The position numbers and the translations under genes are program-made. Below, in pieces: positions 42,545 to 53,094 of a stretch of 64,000 nucleotides of DNA. The notes under the pieces were generated by a model. The model saw nothing but the letters and a program-made list of their open reading frames with translations, searched no databases and was not told the DNA's origin. Where the stretch lies: assembly GCA_963793425.1 (NCBI GenBank), contig CAWCAG010000005.1:320001-384000 (forward strand), written 5' to 3'. Numbering within the stretch: position 1 is the stretch's first letter; each line of letters begins with the position of its first letter. Origin of the DNA: an uncultured cyanobacterium (GTDB taxonomy: Bacteria; Cyanobacteriota; Cyanobacteriia; Cyanobacteriales; CAWCAG01).

Positions 42545-43312
42545 ATGTGGGCAATATTAAGCGGAATTGAAGGAAATATCCTAGCTTACGAAGCAGTGTT
42601 GGCAGATATCAACCGCCAGCGCGTCCCAGTAGAAGCATTGTATATTTTGGGCGATATCGTAGCAGCTAACCCAGATAGCGAAAAAGTAATCAAACGAATT
42701 CAGAATCCTTTACCGGTCGAATTAGAACCCCAAGTATGCGTTGGCTGGTGGGAAGAACAATGTTTTGCCTTATACGCTGTAGGTTTAACAGCAGAGCCTA
42801 CAGAATTAATAGAACGCTTTGGCAAAGAAACCGCTAAACTTCTTTGGGATTCGGTATCTCGTGAAACCGTACAGTGGCTACGCAACTGTCAACACCTCGA
42901 TTGGATATGCCGAGGAAACCTCGGCATCCCTCTCGGTCATTTTGGCTTCTTTGAACTGGATTGTTTATTAATTCACGGTAGCAGTATTAGCGTCAGCGAT
43001 GAGTTAACCCCTGAAACCCCACCCTGGCAGATGCTAGACCGCTTGCAGAGAGTACAAGCAAATCATCTCTTTTGTGGCCGTTCGGGTCAAGTATTTGAAT
43101 ATCAGCTACAAGGGGGTTCGGTCAACAGTTCTTTAACGACTTTAGATCAACCGCATCCTGTGCAAACTATTACTGCACCTAAAAGAAGAGTTGTCGGGGT
43201 AGGCAATGTAGGCAGGGAACCAGGAGAGGCGACTTATACCCTTTATAGTCCGTACAGCGATATTCTGGAATTTAAAACAGTATACTATGGCAGCAAAAAG
43301 GGGTTTGGGTAA
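42545..43312 (+). CDS. Degenerate metallophosphoesterase-like protein with a 16-aa insertion
   Basis: 'SGIEGN', 'LGD', 'IHGS', 'CGRSG', 'VGNVG'; several metal ligands are substituted. Confidence 0.85.
   Translation: MWAILSGIEGNILAYEAVLADINRQRVPVEALYILGDIVAANPDSEKVIKRIQNPLPVELEPQVCVGWWEEQCFALYAVGLTAEPTELIERFGKETAKLLWDSVSRETVQWLRNCQHLDWICRGNLGIPLGHFGFFELDCLLIHGSSISVSDELTPETPPWQMLDRLQRVQANHLFCGRSGQVFEYQLQGGSVNSSLTTLDQPHPVQTITAPKRRVVGVGNVGREPGEATYTLYSPYSDILEFKTVYYGSKKGFG
42892..42939. repeat. 48-nt in-frame hairpin insertion flanked by a GTCA repeat
   Basis: ATGCCGAGG-AAA-CCTCGGCAT stem; GTCA at 42888-42891 and 42936-42939. Confidence 0.65.
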
Positions 43313-44233
43313 TTAAATAACATCTTTATGAGTAATTTCTATCATCATATCTTTACTAAGATTTTCAATTTTTGCTAATCTAATAGCTTGTCTTTCAAGA
43401 GTTTTTTCAAATATATTTCTCACTAATCGACCATTACCAAAACTAGAGTTCCGATTATTATAAAGTTGTTTAAATTTATCTAGTAATTGGTTCTCTGCTT
43501 GAGATGTTGTTTGATAGTGATTGTGTTCGCACAATTTTAAAAAGATATCTAATAACTCTTCTGGTAGATAATCTGTAAATTGAAGATATCGAGTAAATCT
43601 AGACTGTAACCCAGGATTCGATGTAATAAATCTATTCATTTCATCTGGATATCCAGCTACTATTACTACTAAGCGATCGCGATAATCTTCCATTCTTTTT
43701 AGTAGGGTGTCGATTGCTTCTTGACCAAAATCTTTAGGTGAATCTAGTGGCTTTAGGGTATAAGCTTCATCAATAAAAAGCACTCCATCCAAGGCTGATT
43801 CAACTATTTTTTCTACTTTAGGTGCAGTGTGTCCTATATATTCAGCAACCATACCTGATCGATCTGTTTCGATGCAATGACCTTTTTTTAGAATACCTAA
43901 TTCTTTGTATATTTTACCGATTAATCTTGCTACAGTGGTTTTACCCGTTCCAGGCGATCCACAAAAAACTAAATGTAAAGTTAACGGTGACTTTGGCAAA
44001 CCATGTTCTTCTCTTTTCTTTTGAATATTTAAAAAAGCTACCAAATTATTAATTTCTTCTTTTAGTTGTTTCAATCCTATTAATTGATTTAATTCTTTTA
44101 AAATGTGTTTTAAATTACATTGATCGATGATGTTTTCTTGATTGGGTAAAGAATTTATGTTTTTCTTTAATGCTTCTAATTCTGCTTCAATTTCAAGATT
44201 GTCCCATTTGAGGTCGTTAAAACGATAGCTCAT
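43313..44233 (-). CDS. AAA+ ATPase, CbbX/SpoVK family
   Basis: '[17 protein letters not shown]', 'LFIDEAY', 'NPGLQSRF', 'GNGRLVRN'; ATG at 44233 chosen as likely start. Confidence 0.88.
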   Translation of the reverse strand: MSYRFNDLKWDNLEIEAELEALKKNINSLPNQENIIDQCNLKHILKELNQLIGLKQLKEEINNLVAFLNIQKKREEHGLPKSPLTLHLVFCGSPGTGKTTVARLIGKIYKELGILKKGHCIETDRSGMVAEYIGHTAPKVEKIVESALDGVLFIDEAYTLKPLDSPKDFGQEAIDTLLKRMEDYRDRLVVIVAGYPDEMNRFITSNPGLQSRFTRYLQFTDYLPEELLDIFLKLCEHNHYQTTSQAENQLLDKFKQLYNNRNSSFGNGRLVRNIFEKTLERQAIRLAKIENLSKDMMIEITHKDVI

Positions 44234-44393
44234 AGTCAACTTTTGATAATACTTTATTATATGGTTATCATAATAGCGTAAATTGATCGTAAAGTTTGAT
44301 TGAAGATTTTTCTCTTCCAATGGCAATTCCGCGCATCTGGCGTAGGGCATTAATTGATTTAATACAGTCACAGCCAAATAAGTACTGTTAATG

Positions 44394-45422
44394 TCACACC
44401 ATTCGCCACCTCATCTCTTGACCTGCCCATAAGGGAACAAGTCCAGATTCAGGAAAGGGAACTTCATCGGGAATACGCCAGGTTTTTTTGGTCAAAGTAA
44501 TCTGTTCAGTATTGCGGGGGAGTTGATAAAAATCCGCTCCATAGAAACTGGCAAAAGCTTCAAGTTTATCGAGGGAATTAGCACTCTCAAAAACTTCTGC
44601 GTATAGCTCCATAGCGTGGAGAGCGGAATAGCAACCCGCACAGCCACAGGAACTTTCTTTGCTATTGCGGGGATGAGGGGCGCTATCAGTACCTAGAAAA
44701 AACTTAGGATTGCCAGATGTTGCTGCTTGCAAAAGTGCCAGGCGATGCTTCTCTCGTTTCAAAATTGGTAAACAATAAAAATGGGGGCGAATACCACCTT
44801 GGAAGATAATATTACGACTAAACAATAGGTGTTGTGGTGTAATGGTTGCAGCGATCTTGTTGGTTGCTAAGACAAACTGCACGGCATCGGCGGTGGTAAT
44901 GTGTTCGAGTACCACCCGCAGGTTGGGAAATCGCTTCTTGAGGGGAATCAAATGTTTCTCGATAAATACCTTCTCGCGGTCGAATATATCAACATCTCTA
45001 TCGGTTACTTCCCCATGTAGTAATAAGGGTATATCTACTTGCTGCATCACTTCAAAGACGCGATCGCACTTCCGAATGTCCGTCACACCGAAATCTGAAT
45101 TGGTGGTTGCACCCGCAGGATAGTACTTTACTGCTTTAACAAACTGGGATGCTTTAGCTGCGACAATTTCTTCGGGGCTAGTATTGTCAGTGAGGTAGAG
45201 GGTCATCAGTGGCTCAAACTGTTTGCCAGTAGGAATTGCTGCGGTGATGCGATCGCGATAGGCAGCAGCATCAGCTACCGAGCGCACTGGAGGCTTTAAA
45301 TTCGGCATGATGATAGCGCGGGAAAACTGACGTACTGTATGGGGCAAAACTGCTTTGAGTGCTTCGCCGTCCCGTAGATGCAGATGCCAGTCGTCGGGTC
45401 TGGTGAGAGTAAGATTTTGCAT
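44394..45422 (-). CDS. pyrC: Dihydroorotase (E. coli type)
   Basis: '[11 protein letters not shown]', 'MPNL', '[11 protein letters not shown]', 'GTDSAPH'. Confidence 0.96.
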   Translation of the reverse strand: MQNLTLTRPDDWHLHLRDGEALKAVLPHTVRQFSRAIIMPNLKPPVRSVADAAAYRDRITAAIPTGKQFEPLMTLYLTDNTSPEEIVAAKASQFVKAVKYYPAGATTNSDFGVTDIRKCDRVFEVMQQVDIPLLLHGEVTDRDVDIFDREKVFIEKHLIPLKKRFPNLRVVLEHITTADAVQFVLATNKIAATITPQHLLFSRNIIFQGGIRPHFYCLPILKREKHRLALLQAATSGNPKFFLGTDSAPHPRNSKESSCGCAGCYSALHAMELYAEVFESANSLDKLEAFASFYGADFYQLPRNTEQITLTKKTWRIPDEVPFPESGLVPLWAGQEMRWRMV

Positions 45423-45520
45423 TTTTCTATAGCTTGATGATTGTTTGGTCGATTTAGTAATTAACAATAAATCTAGTTTGCCTAACTTACCTTGGTAATT
45501 GTCATGGATTTATCTGCTCG

Positions 45521-45560
45521 AATGATAATCGTTGCTATATAATGAGAATGATTATCGTTC
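45521..45560. promoter_or_regulatory. Zur/Fur-type operator(s) between divergent pyrC and oxidoreductase genes
   Basis: TGAGAATGATTATCG (45543-45557) and AATGATAATC (45521-45530). Confidence 0.6.
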
Positions 45561-45576
45561 TTTTTGTTGAACCACA

Positions 45577-46788
45577 GTGAAATTACCTGGCTATATAGAC
45601 CTAGCAATTGTTGGTGCAGGAGTTCAGGCTCTAACTTTAACCACCCACCTCTTGCAAAAAAGTGCGAAGCATTATTCTAAAGTCCTGGTTTTCGATCCTA
45701 CTCAAACTTGGCTGAGTCAATGGCAACAACAATTTGCAGCACAACAGATTCCTTACTTACGATCACCTGCGGTTCATCATCCCGATCCCGACTCCTATCA
45801 ATTGAGGGCTTTTGCCGAACATAGGCGTAACGAATTTTTTCCTCCCTATGATAGACCAGGAACAAAGCTATTTAATGATTTCTGTCATGAAGTAATTCAT
45901 CGCTGGAAATTGGCAGATAAGGTTTATCCTGCCCAAGTAATCCAGATTCTACCGATTGAACTTGCTTCTCGTTCTCGATTTCAATTGGTTTTAAATACGG
46001 GAGAAACGATTATTGCCCGTAGAGTGGTACTAGCTACTGGAAGTGGCAAAGTGCAGTTTCCTAATTGGGTAGAAAGCATTACCTCAGATTATCCGTTAGA
46101 TAAATTGTGTCATTCTCAACAGGTAAACTTAAACCAACTTAACCTAACAGGAGAAAGGATTTTAATCGTTGGTGGTGGTTTAACTAGCGGGCATTTAACC
46201 AAAGGTGCGATAAATTTGGGTGCTACTGTTACCTTGATGACCAGAAAACAGTTACAATCAAAAATCTTCGATGCCGACCCTGGTTGGTTAGGGCCAAAAT
46301 ATCTCAAAGACTTTCACGCCGAAACCGATTGGCATGAGCGTTACCAGCAAATACAGCAAGCCCGTAATGGGGGTTCGATAACTCCCGAAATGATGCTGCA
46401 ATTAAGAAAAGCATCTCGTGAAGGTAAGGTGAGGATCGATGAATGCTGTCAAGTCAGCGAAGCACATTGGCAAAATGATCTTTGGCAAGTTTGTTGTCAC
46501 GATGGTAGCAAGCATCAGTTTAACCGTATTTGGTTAGCTACTGGTACGAGATTCAATGTCACAGAGCATCCGTTATTACAAAACGTACTAAATGCTTATC
46601 CAACAGAAATAGTCAACGGCTTACCCGTACTAGATGAACATTTACGTCTGCCCAAGTCCAACTTTTTCATTATGGGTGGTTTAGCCGCTTTGCAAATTGG
46701 TCCTGTTGCCAGAAATATTGGCGGTGGGAAAATGGCTTGTCAACGCATTGTGCCAGCGATTGTTAAACCTAGTTTGGCGATCGCTTGA
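45577..46788 (+). CDS. FAD/NAD(P)-binding oxidoreductase
   Basis: 'AIVGAG', 'LRSPAVHHP', 'LATG', 'IVGGGLTS', 'IGPVARN'. Confidence 0.88.
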   Translation: MKLPGYIDLAIVGAGVQALTLTTHLLQKSAKHYSKVLVFDPTQTWLSQWQQQFAAQQIPYLRSPAVHHPDPDSYQLRAFAEHRRNEFFPPYDRPGTKLFNDFCHEVIHRWKLADKVYPAQVIQILPIELASRSRFQLVLNTGETIIARRVVLATGSGKVQFPNWVESITSDYPLDKLCHSQQVNLNQLNLTGERILIVGGGLTSGHLTKGAINLGATVTLMTRKQLQSKIFDADPGWLGPKYLKDFHAETDWHERYQQIQQARNGGSITPEMMLQLRKASREGKVRIDECCQVSEAHWQNDLWQVCCHDGSKHQFNRIWLATGTRFNVTEHPLLQNVLNAYPTEIVNGLPVLDEHLRLPKSNFFIMGGLAALQIGPVARNIGGGKMACQRIVPAIVKPSLAIA

Positions 46789-46895
46789 TGTTTTTGTTAG
46801 AGAAGCGATCGCGCTTTCTAACCTACTTGACACCAACTAGCACCACAATAACTATTTTGTTAGTAGGCAAAAGTCTAGTTAATAAGAAGAAATAT

Positions 46896-47375
46896 TCAAT
46901 GGGTAATCTCTACTATTTTCTCTTGCCCATCTATAGAGAAAATTGCTATGCTATCCCAACCCGACCGTACATCAGCCAAACAACAAATACTAGCAACTTT
47001 TAAGCTTCCTAATTCTACTACTCCAACTCGACCTAAATAATGGCAATTTTTTACCAGTTTACCTCCTTGGGATATTTGTTCTAAGAATCCGTAAGGTTCA
47101 TGGTTGCCACCAATAAACCATATAGGCCAGGGAAAGCTAACTTGTTCGTGAAAGAAATCTGGAAAATTGCCTAGCTTCCGGTACTTTGAGGGTGCAGCCA
47201 TAGTAGACAAATCTGCTTCGTGACGATGAGGCTCAAAGTCACCAACTTGTAAAATAAATTCCAAATTTCTCCCTGTTTTTGCTTCCCAAGAGTGCAATAA
47301 GTTGACCATTTTGTAGAAATGTCCATGAACATCCCCAACGGCGGCAAAGAAGCGTTTTGATTCTTTTGTAGCCAT
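46896..47375 (-). pseudogene. Dbr1 (lariat debranching enzyme)-like metallophosphoesterase, truncated or internally deleted
   Basis: 'GDVHG', 'GDFE..R...DL..MAAPSKYRKLG.F', 'FIGGNHE', 'YLG'; the later His motifs are absent. Confidence 0.65.
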
Positions 47376-47476
47376 TTTATTTAAAATTATTCAAGCAAAA
47401 AGGAGATTAAAGAGGTTTTAGTCTTAATTTAAGTGTAAATTTTATTTATACAGAGTTTAAATCTATTTTTGCCAGT

Positions 47477-47873
47477 ATGGATAAACTAAACATGGCTGCC
47501 CAGGCACGGGACTTTATGAAGCAAAGCCCCTATGGAGTGTCCCATTTCCATGATAAGGAAGTAATGCTTTTGCCAACGGTTTTTCCTCCAGATACTAATA
47601 CGCCTTTGTTGGCTGAGATAATTTCAGGGCTAGCTGAAAAAATGCTAGCAACTAAGGATACCTGTCGTGTTTATGAGATGGGGGCAGGTAGTGGGGCAGC
47701 TATAGTGTACGTGGCACAAAATCCCCAAGTCCAAGCTTTTGCTTCTGATATTTCACCTATGGCGGCGTTGAATATCAAGGTGAATGCTCTTTGGTGGGGG
47801 GGTAGATTGTCAAGTTTACGAAGGAAGTGTTTACGAAAATACCCCAAAAGGAGAAGAGTATGACCTCATTTAG
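47477..47873 (+). pseudogene. SAM-dependent methyltransferase fragment (frameshift in G7 run at 47796-47802)
   Basis: 'VFPP', 'EMGAGSG', 'SDISP'; removing one G gives ...VYEGSVYENTPKGEEYDLI*. Confidence 0.65.
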
Positions 47874-48037
47874 ATGTTGGTCAATTGCGATTTTTTACTG
47901 TTAGAAAGAAATTAAACAAAAGGCTAACGTTAATGAATGATTGACTTAAACTTGCCTAGAGTGCGAATTTTTTTAGCTAATTTTACTCAACTAAGGAAAC
48001 CGCAAGGTAAATTGTATGGGTTGTTACTGAATAATTT

Positions 48038-49504
48038 ATGTCAGCTAAACTAGTTGCAATTGGTGATAGCCTTACTCAAGGTTTCCTGAGTGGAAGTGTT
48101 CACAAAACCGAGTTTTCTTTCCCGGCTATGGTCGCTGAGAGCCTTTCAGCCGAAGAGTTTCGGCTTCCAAATTTTAGTGGTGAGGGGGGCTTACCTATCA
48201 ATCTTGAGAAACTGCTGAGGTTATTGGTAGAAAGATATGGTTCTAAGGTAAATTGGACAGATGTTGTTCCTGCTGCTTTAAGCGCTCGGAGTTTGTTAGA
48301 CAGAGTTGAGGATTATTGGGAAAGGGGAGCAGGAAGTCGTGCTTCAGCTACAGGGCCTTTGCACCACAACCTGGCTACATTTAGCCTATTGTTAGGAGAC
48401 TGCGACAAACTTACAGAAGCTATTTGTCGTCGCGCTTTGCCCGAACCGAAAGATGATTTTATTAATCAAATTCCTGAATCAGCAATGTATCGTGCGGCGA
48501 GGAGGACGTTGAATCCTAGCTTCGCCCCAGAATATGCTCATTTATCTCCCTTAGAAGCAGCAAAGGCGATCGCACGACAGGAAGGCGGAATTGATAACCT
48601 GATTTTTTGGTTAGGGGCAAATAATTGTCTTAGTACCGTAACTAATTTAGAAATTTATTGGTCTACTTCAGAAGAGTTAAATCTTTTACCTCACCAAAGA
48701 CAAGAACAAAAACTTAAAACTAATTTATGGCGACCAGAACATTTTCAAAAAGCGTTAGAGGGTATTGCTCCTAAAATTACAGCCATAGGAGCTAAAAACG
48801 TCTTTATTGCTACTATTCCCCACATTACAATTCCCCCCATAAGTCGCGGGGTAACACCCGGTAAAAAAGGTGAGGCAGCCCTTAGCAGCGATGGTTACTA
48901 CGAGTGTTATACTCATTTTTGGATTTGGGATGATGATTTTTCTCGCGCACCAGAGCGCTATCCTTATTTAACCCGCGAAGATGCTCGTACTATCGACTCT
49001 ACTATTGATGAATACAACCAACTACTACGGCAAGAGGCTCAAAAGCAAGGTTGGCAGATTGTTGATATTTGTACCATGTTGGATAACTTAGCTTTCCGTC
49101 GTCAGGGAGGAGATGTTTTATATCAGTTTCCTCCCGAATTAGTTGAAGCGATTCGTACCAATCCTCAAACTCAAAATCGCCTAAGCCCCCAAGGACAACC
49201 TTTAATTGATACCCGCTTTATTCATATAGATCCTAATGCTTCTGAGACAACGGCAAGATTTGAAGGAGGACTGTTTAGCCTGGATGGTTTTCATCCTACT
49301 ACCATCGGTTATGGCTTAGTCGCTTACGAATTCTGGCAAGTCATGTCAAAAGTAATTCCCACCAAACCCTTGAATTGGCAAAGGATTGTTGCTGCTGATA
49401 CCCTCTTAACTCAGCCCCCAGCAAATTTAGAGAACCTACAAAGTACTCTTGGTTTCCTTTACCACCGTACGCCATTGCGTCAGTTAATTGAAAGGTTAGG
49501 TTAA
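48038..49504 (+). CDS. GDSL/SGNH-like hydrolase
   Basis: 'IGDSLTQG', 'LGANN', 'SLDGFHP'. Confidence 0.85.
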   Translation: MSAKLVAIGDSLTQGFLSGSVHKTEFSFPAMVAESLSAEEFRLPNFSGEGGLPINLEKLLRLLVERYGSKVNWTDVVPAALSARSLLDRVEDYWERGAGSRASATGPLHHNLATFSLLLGDCDKLTEAICRRALPEPKDDFINQIPESAMYRAARRTLNPSFAPEYAHLSPLEAAKAIARQEGGIDNLIFWLGANNCLSTVTNLEIYWSTSEELNLLPHQRQEQKLKTNLWRPEHFQKALEGIAPKITAIGAKNVFIATIPHITIPPISRGVTPGKKGEAALSSDGYYECYTHFWIWDDDFSRAPERYPYLTREDARTIDSTIDEYNQLLRQEAQKQGWQIVDICTMLDNLAFRRQGGDVLYQFPPELVEAIRTNPQTQNRLSPQGQPLIDTRFIHIDPNASETTARFEGGLFSLDGFHPTTIGYGLVAYEFWQVMSKVIPTKPLNWQRIVAADTLLTQPPANLENLQSTLGFLYHRTPLRQLIERLG

Positions 49505-49520
49505 GATTATTGAGCATTGC

Positions 49521-50408
49521 TTAAGCTACTTTTTCTAATTGCCAAAGAATTTGGTTTCCTTCCCGCCTGACTCGTGAAACGAGCCAATTTCGCCAAGGCC
49601 AATTATCTCCCCTGCTAGTAACGGCACTGGCATTTACGTCCATTAAATCAGCTAGTTCAGCACTGCTGATTAAATAACCTTTAGTTGATATTTCTTCAGC
49701 AATACGTAAGGTTTCGATTAAGTTTTGTAGGTTAGTAACTCTGACCTCACGGGGAAGTTGAAATTCTTCTGTTGTACCAGCAGATGATTCCATCATGTTT
49801 ATATCTGAATTAGATGAGTTAGTTTGCTTATCCCTGTAAAGTATCTTTGCTCTACCCTTTGAGTCTGATAACCCTGTTACCGAGAGGGGATCAAATTGAG
49901 CAAAATTTTCTGCATTTTCTGCCAGCAAAGGAGAATATTTTTGTTGGAGAGATACAGAACTGCCTTGGGCAAAACCACGGGCGATCGCATCGCAACGTTC
50001 ATTACCTTCATTACCACTATGACCCTTAACGTGTTTCCAGATCACTTGCTCAGAGTTTAACTGATCTAGTTTTTCCCAAAGGTCTTGATTTTGTACAGGT
50101 TTGCCTTGAGAATTTTGCCAACCCTTTTTTTTCCAGCCTTTAATCCACTGAGTTATACCTTTGCGGACATACTCACTATCTGTGTAGATGGTAGCGGTTT
50201 CAGTTTGCTCACAAGCTCGTAAAATTTTTAAAGCTGAAACCGCAGCTTCCATTTCCATACGATTATTAGTGGTTTGAGCCGCGCTACCACCCATTTCAAA
50301 TACTGAATTATCTGTAAAATAGACTACAACTCCCCAACCTCCTGGGCCAGGATTACCTGTACAAGCTCCATCAGTATAAAGACTTTCGATTATTCGAGAA
50401 GATTCCAT
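49521..50408 (-). CDS. rnhA: Ribonuclease HI with cyanobacterial C-terminal extension
   Basis: 'YTDGACTGNPGPGG', 'TTNNRME', 'TDSEYV', 'HVKGH', 'GNERCD'. Confidence 0.95.
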   Translation of the reverse strand: MESSRIIESLYTDGACTGNPGPGGWGVVVYFTDNSVFEMGGSAAQTTNNRMEMEAAVSALKILRACEQTETATIYTDSEYVRKGITQWIKGWKKKGWQNSQGKPVQNQDLWEKLDQLNSEQVIWKHVKGHSGNEGNERCDAIARGFAQGSSVSLQQKYSPLLAENAENFAQFDPLSVTGLSDSKGRAKILYRDKQTNSSNSDINMMESSAGTTEEFQLPREVRVTNLQNLIETLRIAEEISTKGYLISSAELADLMDVNASAVTSRGDNWPWRNWLVSRVRREGNQILWQLEKVA

Positions 50409-50679
50409 TACTTTGCACCATAATGAATGACAAAAGGTTTTTGGTGATTAGCCGTTTATTGTTTACCAATTAATAATTTGAGTCTGTGATAAAGATTGAG
50501 TGTTTCAGTTGATTTACTCTGTATTGTATAGCTGTTCTTAATTTATTTGTAAACAAGACTATGAAGCATATAAAACATTAATTAGCAACCACCATTTTGT
50601 ATATCCAGAAGTTTTGCTCCTGGTGTAAGGGGTATACTTAATAAGTATTATTCATTCGTTAAAAAAATCAATTACTTAA

Positions 50680-52014
50680 ATGACTATTCCTCGCACAATC
50701 TGCTTAGGTTTTTTGACAGTTATTGCTATCGGTACAATTTTATTAATGATGCCGTTTTCTACTAGTACAGGTGATTGGAATGATCCTATTAAGGCGTTAT
50801 TTACAGCTACCTCTGCTGTTTGCGTAACAGGTCTGATTGTAGTGGATACAGGTAGCTATTTTTCTTTTTGGGGACAGTTATTTATTCTCTGCCTGATTCA
50901 AATTGGTGGACTTGGCTACATGATGATTACTACTTTTCTTGCTTTGTTGATTAAACGCAAGTTTGATTTTAGGCAAAAATTTGCTATTCAGCAGTCTTTC
51001 GATAGGCCGTTTCTACAAGGTAGCCAGAATTTAGTCCGTTCTGTACTGGCAACCACACTTATTTTTGAACTGATAGGCATTTTCTTACTGCTCACAGTTT
51101 TCTCTCAAGATCATAATTTTGCTTCTAGCCTTTGGTTGGCTATTTTTCATAGTATTAGCGCCTGGAATAATGCTGGGTTTAGCTTGTTTTCTGATAGCTT
51201 GGTAGGCTATCGTTCTTCAGTTGTTCTTAACTTAGCTATTTCTCTTTTAATTATTTTTGGTGGTATTGGCTATCAGGTGATTATTGAAATGTATCTGTGG
51301 TTTCTTAGTAAAATTAAAGGTAATCAAAAAAAATATTGTTTTTCCCTTAACTTTAAAGTAGTTACTACTACCACTTGTGTTCTTCTCGGCTTGGGTGCAG
51401 TAGCTTTTTTGGCCACAGAATTTCATAATACAGAAACATTAAACTCTTTACCTTTATCAGGAAAACTCATAGGGGCATGGTTTCAGTCTGTTACTACTAG
51501 AACAGCAGGTTTCAATAGCATAGATATTGGTGCTATGACCGGAGCAGGTTTATTTCTTACTGTAGGGTTAATGTTTATTGGTGCTAGTCCTAGTGGTACT
51601 GGAGGAGGGATAAAAACCACTACACTAGGAATCATCATTGGCTGTACAAACTCTATGCTCCGAGGGAACGATCAAGTACGGATGTTTAAACGTACAGTAC
51701 CTACGCCTTTGATTCTCAAAGCAGTGGCAGTGGTTTTTGGCTCTGGTATTACTATTGCGATCGCAACTATTTTACTTTCTTTAACTGATGCTAATTTACA
51801 ATTACTGAGGATTGCTTTTGAGGTAGTCTCAGCTTTTGCTACAGTAGGACTTTCTACTGGCATTACTGATAGTATTTCTTCTTTCGGACAGATAGTCTTA
51901 GTATTTACGATGTACATCGGTAGAGTAGGAGTGTTGCTCTTTATGTCAGCTATTTTAGGTGACCCTGAACCTAGTAGAATTGAATATCCTAAAGAAAATT
52001 TATTAGTAGGATAA
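50680..52014 (+). CDS. ktrB: TrkH/KtrB K+ uptake membrane subunit
   Basis: 'SAVCVTGL', 'NAGFS', 'RTAGF', 'GGGIKTTT', 'SAFATVGLSTG'. Confidence 0.93.
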   Translation: MTIPRTICLGFLTVIAIGTILLMMPFSTSTGDWNDPIKALFTATSAVCVTGLIVVDTGSYFSFWGQLFILCLIQIGGLGYMMITTFLALLIKRKFDFRQKFAIQQSFDRPFLQGSQNLVRSVLATTLIFELIGIFLLLTVFSQDHNFASSLWLAIFHSISAWNNAGFSLFSDSLVGYRSSVVLNLAISLLIIFGGIGYQVIIEMYLWFLSKIKGNQKKYCFSLNFKVVTTTTCVLLGLGAVAFLATEFHNTETLNSLPLSGKLIGAWFQSVTTRTAGFNSIDIGAMTGAGLFLTVGLMFIGASPSGTGGGIKTTTLGIIIGCTNSMLRGNDQVRMFKRTVPTPLILKAVAVVFGSGITIAIATILLSLTDANLQLLRIAFEVVSAFATVGLSTGITDSISSFGQIVLVFTMYIGRVGVLLFMSAILGDPEPSRIEYPKENLLVG

Positions 52015-52067
52015 ACTAGATAAATGATTAATGGTAAATATTTAATGAGCAAGGATAAGAGGTAGAA

Positions 52068-52763
52068 GTGAATCTACGTTCCCTAAGTATTATAAATAGT
52101 TTCCATCAAGACAATCACCAATTTGCGGTGATTGGTTTAGGACGTTTTGGCAGAGCGGTTTGTCATGGACTAAAAGAATTAGGCTATGAAGTTTTGGGTA
52201 CGGATTTAGATGATAAACTTGTTCATCAGGTTATCTTAGAAAAAGCTGTTTCTCACGCAATTAAATTAGATTCAACTGACCCTGTAGCTTTAAAAGAAGC
52301 AGGTATTTTTGAATTTGACATAGTAATTATTGCTATTGGTAACTATGTAGAAGAAAGTATTATTACAACTTTAAATGTTAAAGAAGGAGGAGTTAAGCAC
52401 GTAATCGCTAAAGCTTCTTCTGAGATACACCGCACTTTATTAGAAAAGGTAGGAGCAACCCAAGTGGTTTTTCCTGAAAAAGAAGCAGGTTTAGAACTAG
52501 CGCAAAAGTTAACTAAACCTGCTATTTTAGATCGCTTTGAACTTGATCCAGAACATAGTATTGTTGAAGTTCTTATCCCTGAAGAATTCCACGGTAAAAC
52601 CATTGCTCAACTACAGCTACGCAACTGCTATGGCTTGAATTTATTAGCAGTTGGTCAAGGAGAACATTTTGAAATAAATCCTCAACCAACTCAAGTACTT
52701 TCTCAAGGTTTAGCAATGGTGGTGATTGGTTCTAATAAAGATATTAAACGTTTGCCAATTTAG
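52068..52763 (+). CDS. ktrA: TrkA/KtrA RCK regulatory subunit
   Basis: 'VIGLGRFG', 'VFPE'; follows ktrB. Confidence 0.92.
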   Translation: MNLRSLSIINSFHQDNHQFAVIGLGRFGRAVCHGLKELGYEVLGTDLDDKLVHQVILEKAVSHAIKLDSTDPVALKEAGIFEFDIVIIAIGNYVEESIITTLNVKEGGVKHVIAKASSEIHRTLLEKVGATQVVFPEKEAGLELAQKLTKPAILDRFELDPEHSIVEVLIPEEFHGKTIAQLQLRNCYGLNLLAVGQGEHFEINPQPTQVLSQGLAMVVIGSNKDIKRLPI

Positions 52764-53094
52764 TTTTTGTTGCTCATAGTCAAGGAGAAAACGTCGAAAA
52801 TTTTGAGGTGATCGCAACTAATAAATACAATATCCTCACCAAGTCTAAGATTTTAGCAATTAGCAATTAGCCACTAGCTGATCGCTTTTGGCTAAATCTT
52901 TCTTGAGTAAAAAATGCTGCTTTGTCTTCTTAATTATTTAGGCTAGACTCGAAAAGACTTTCTTTCCAGGTGCAACCAGAATCTTACCTAAAATTCTTTG
53001 CCTGTTTGTCACAAATTACTGACAGGGAGACAAAGTGATGGCATGAAAAAATATAACTAGAATACAGACTAATCACTATTTACTTACCACGAAG

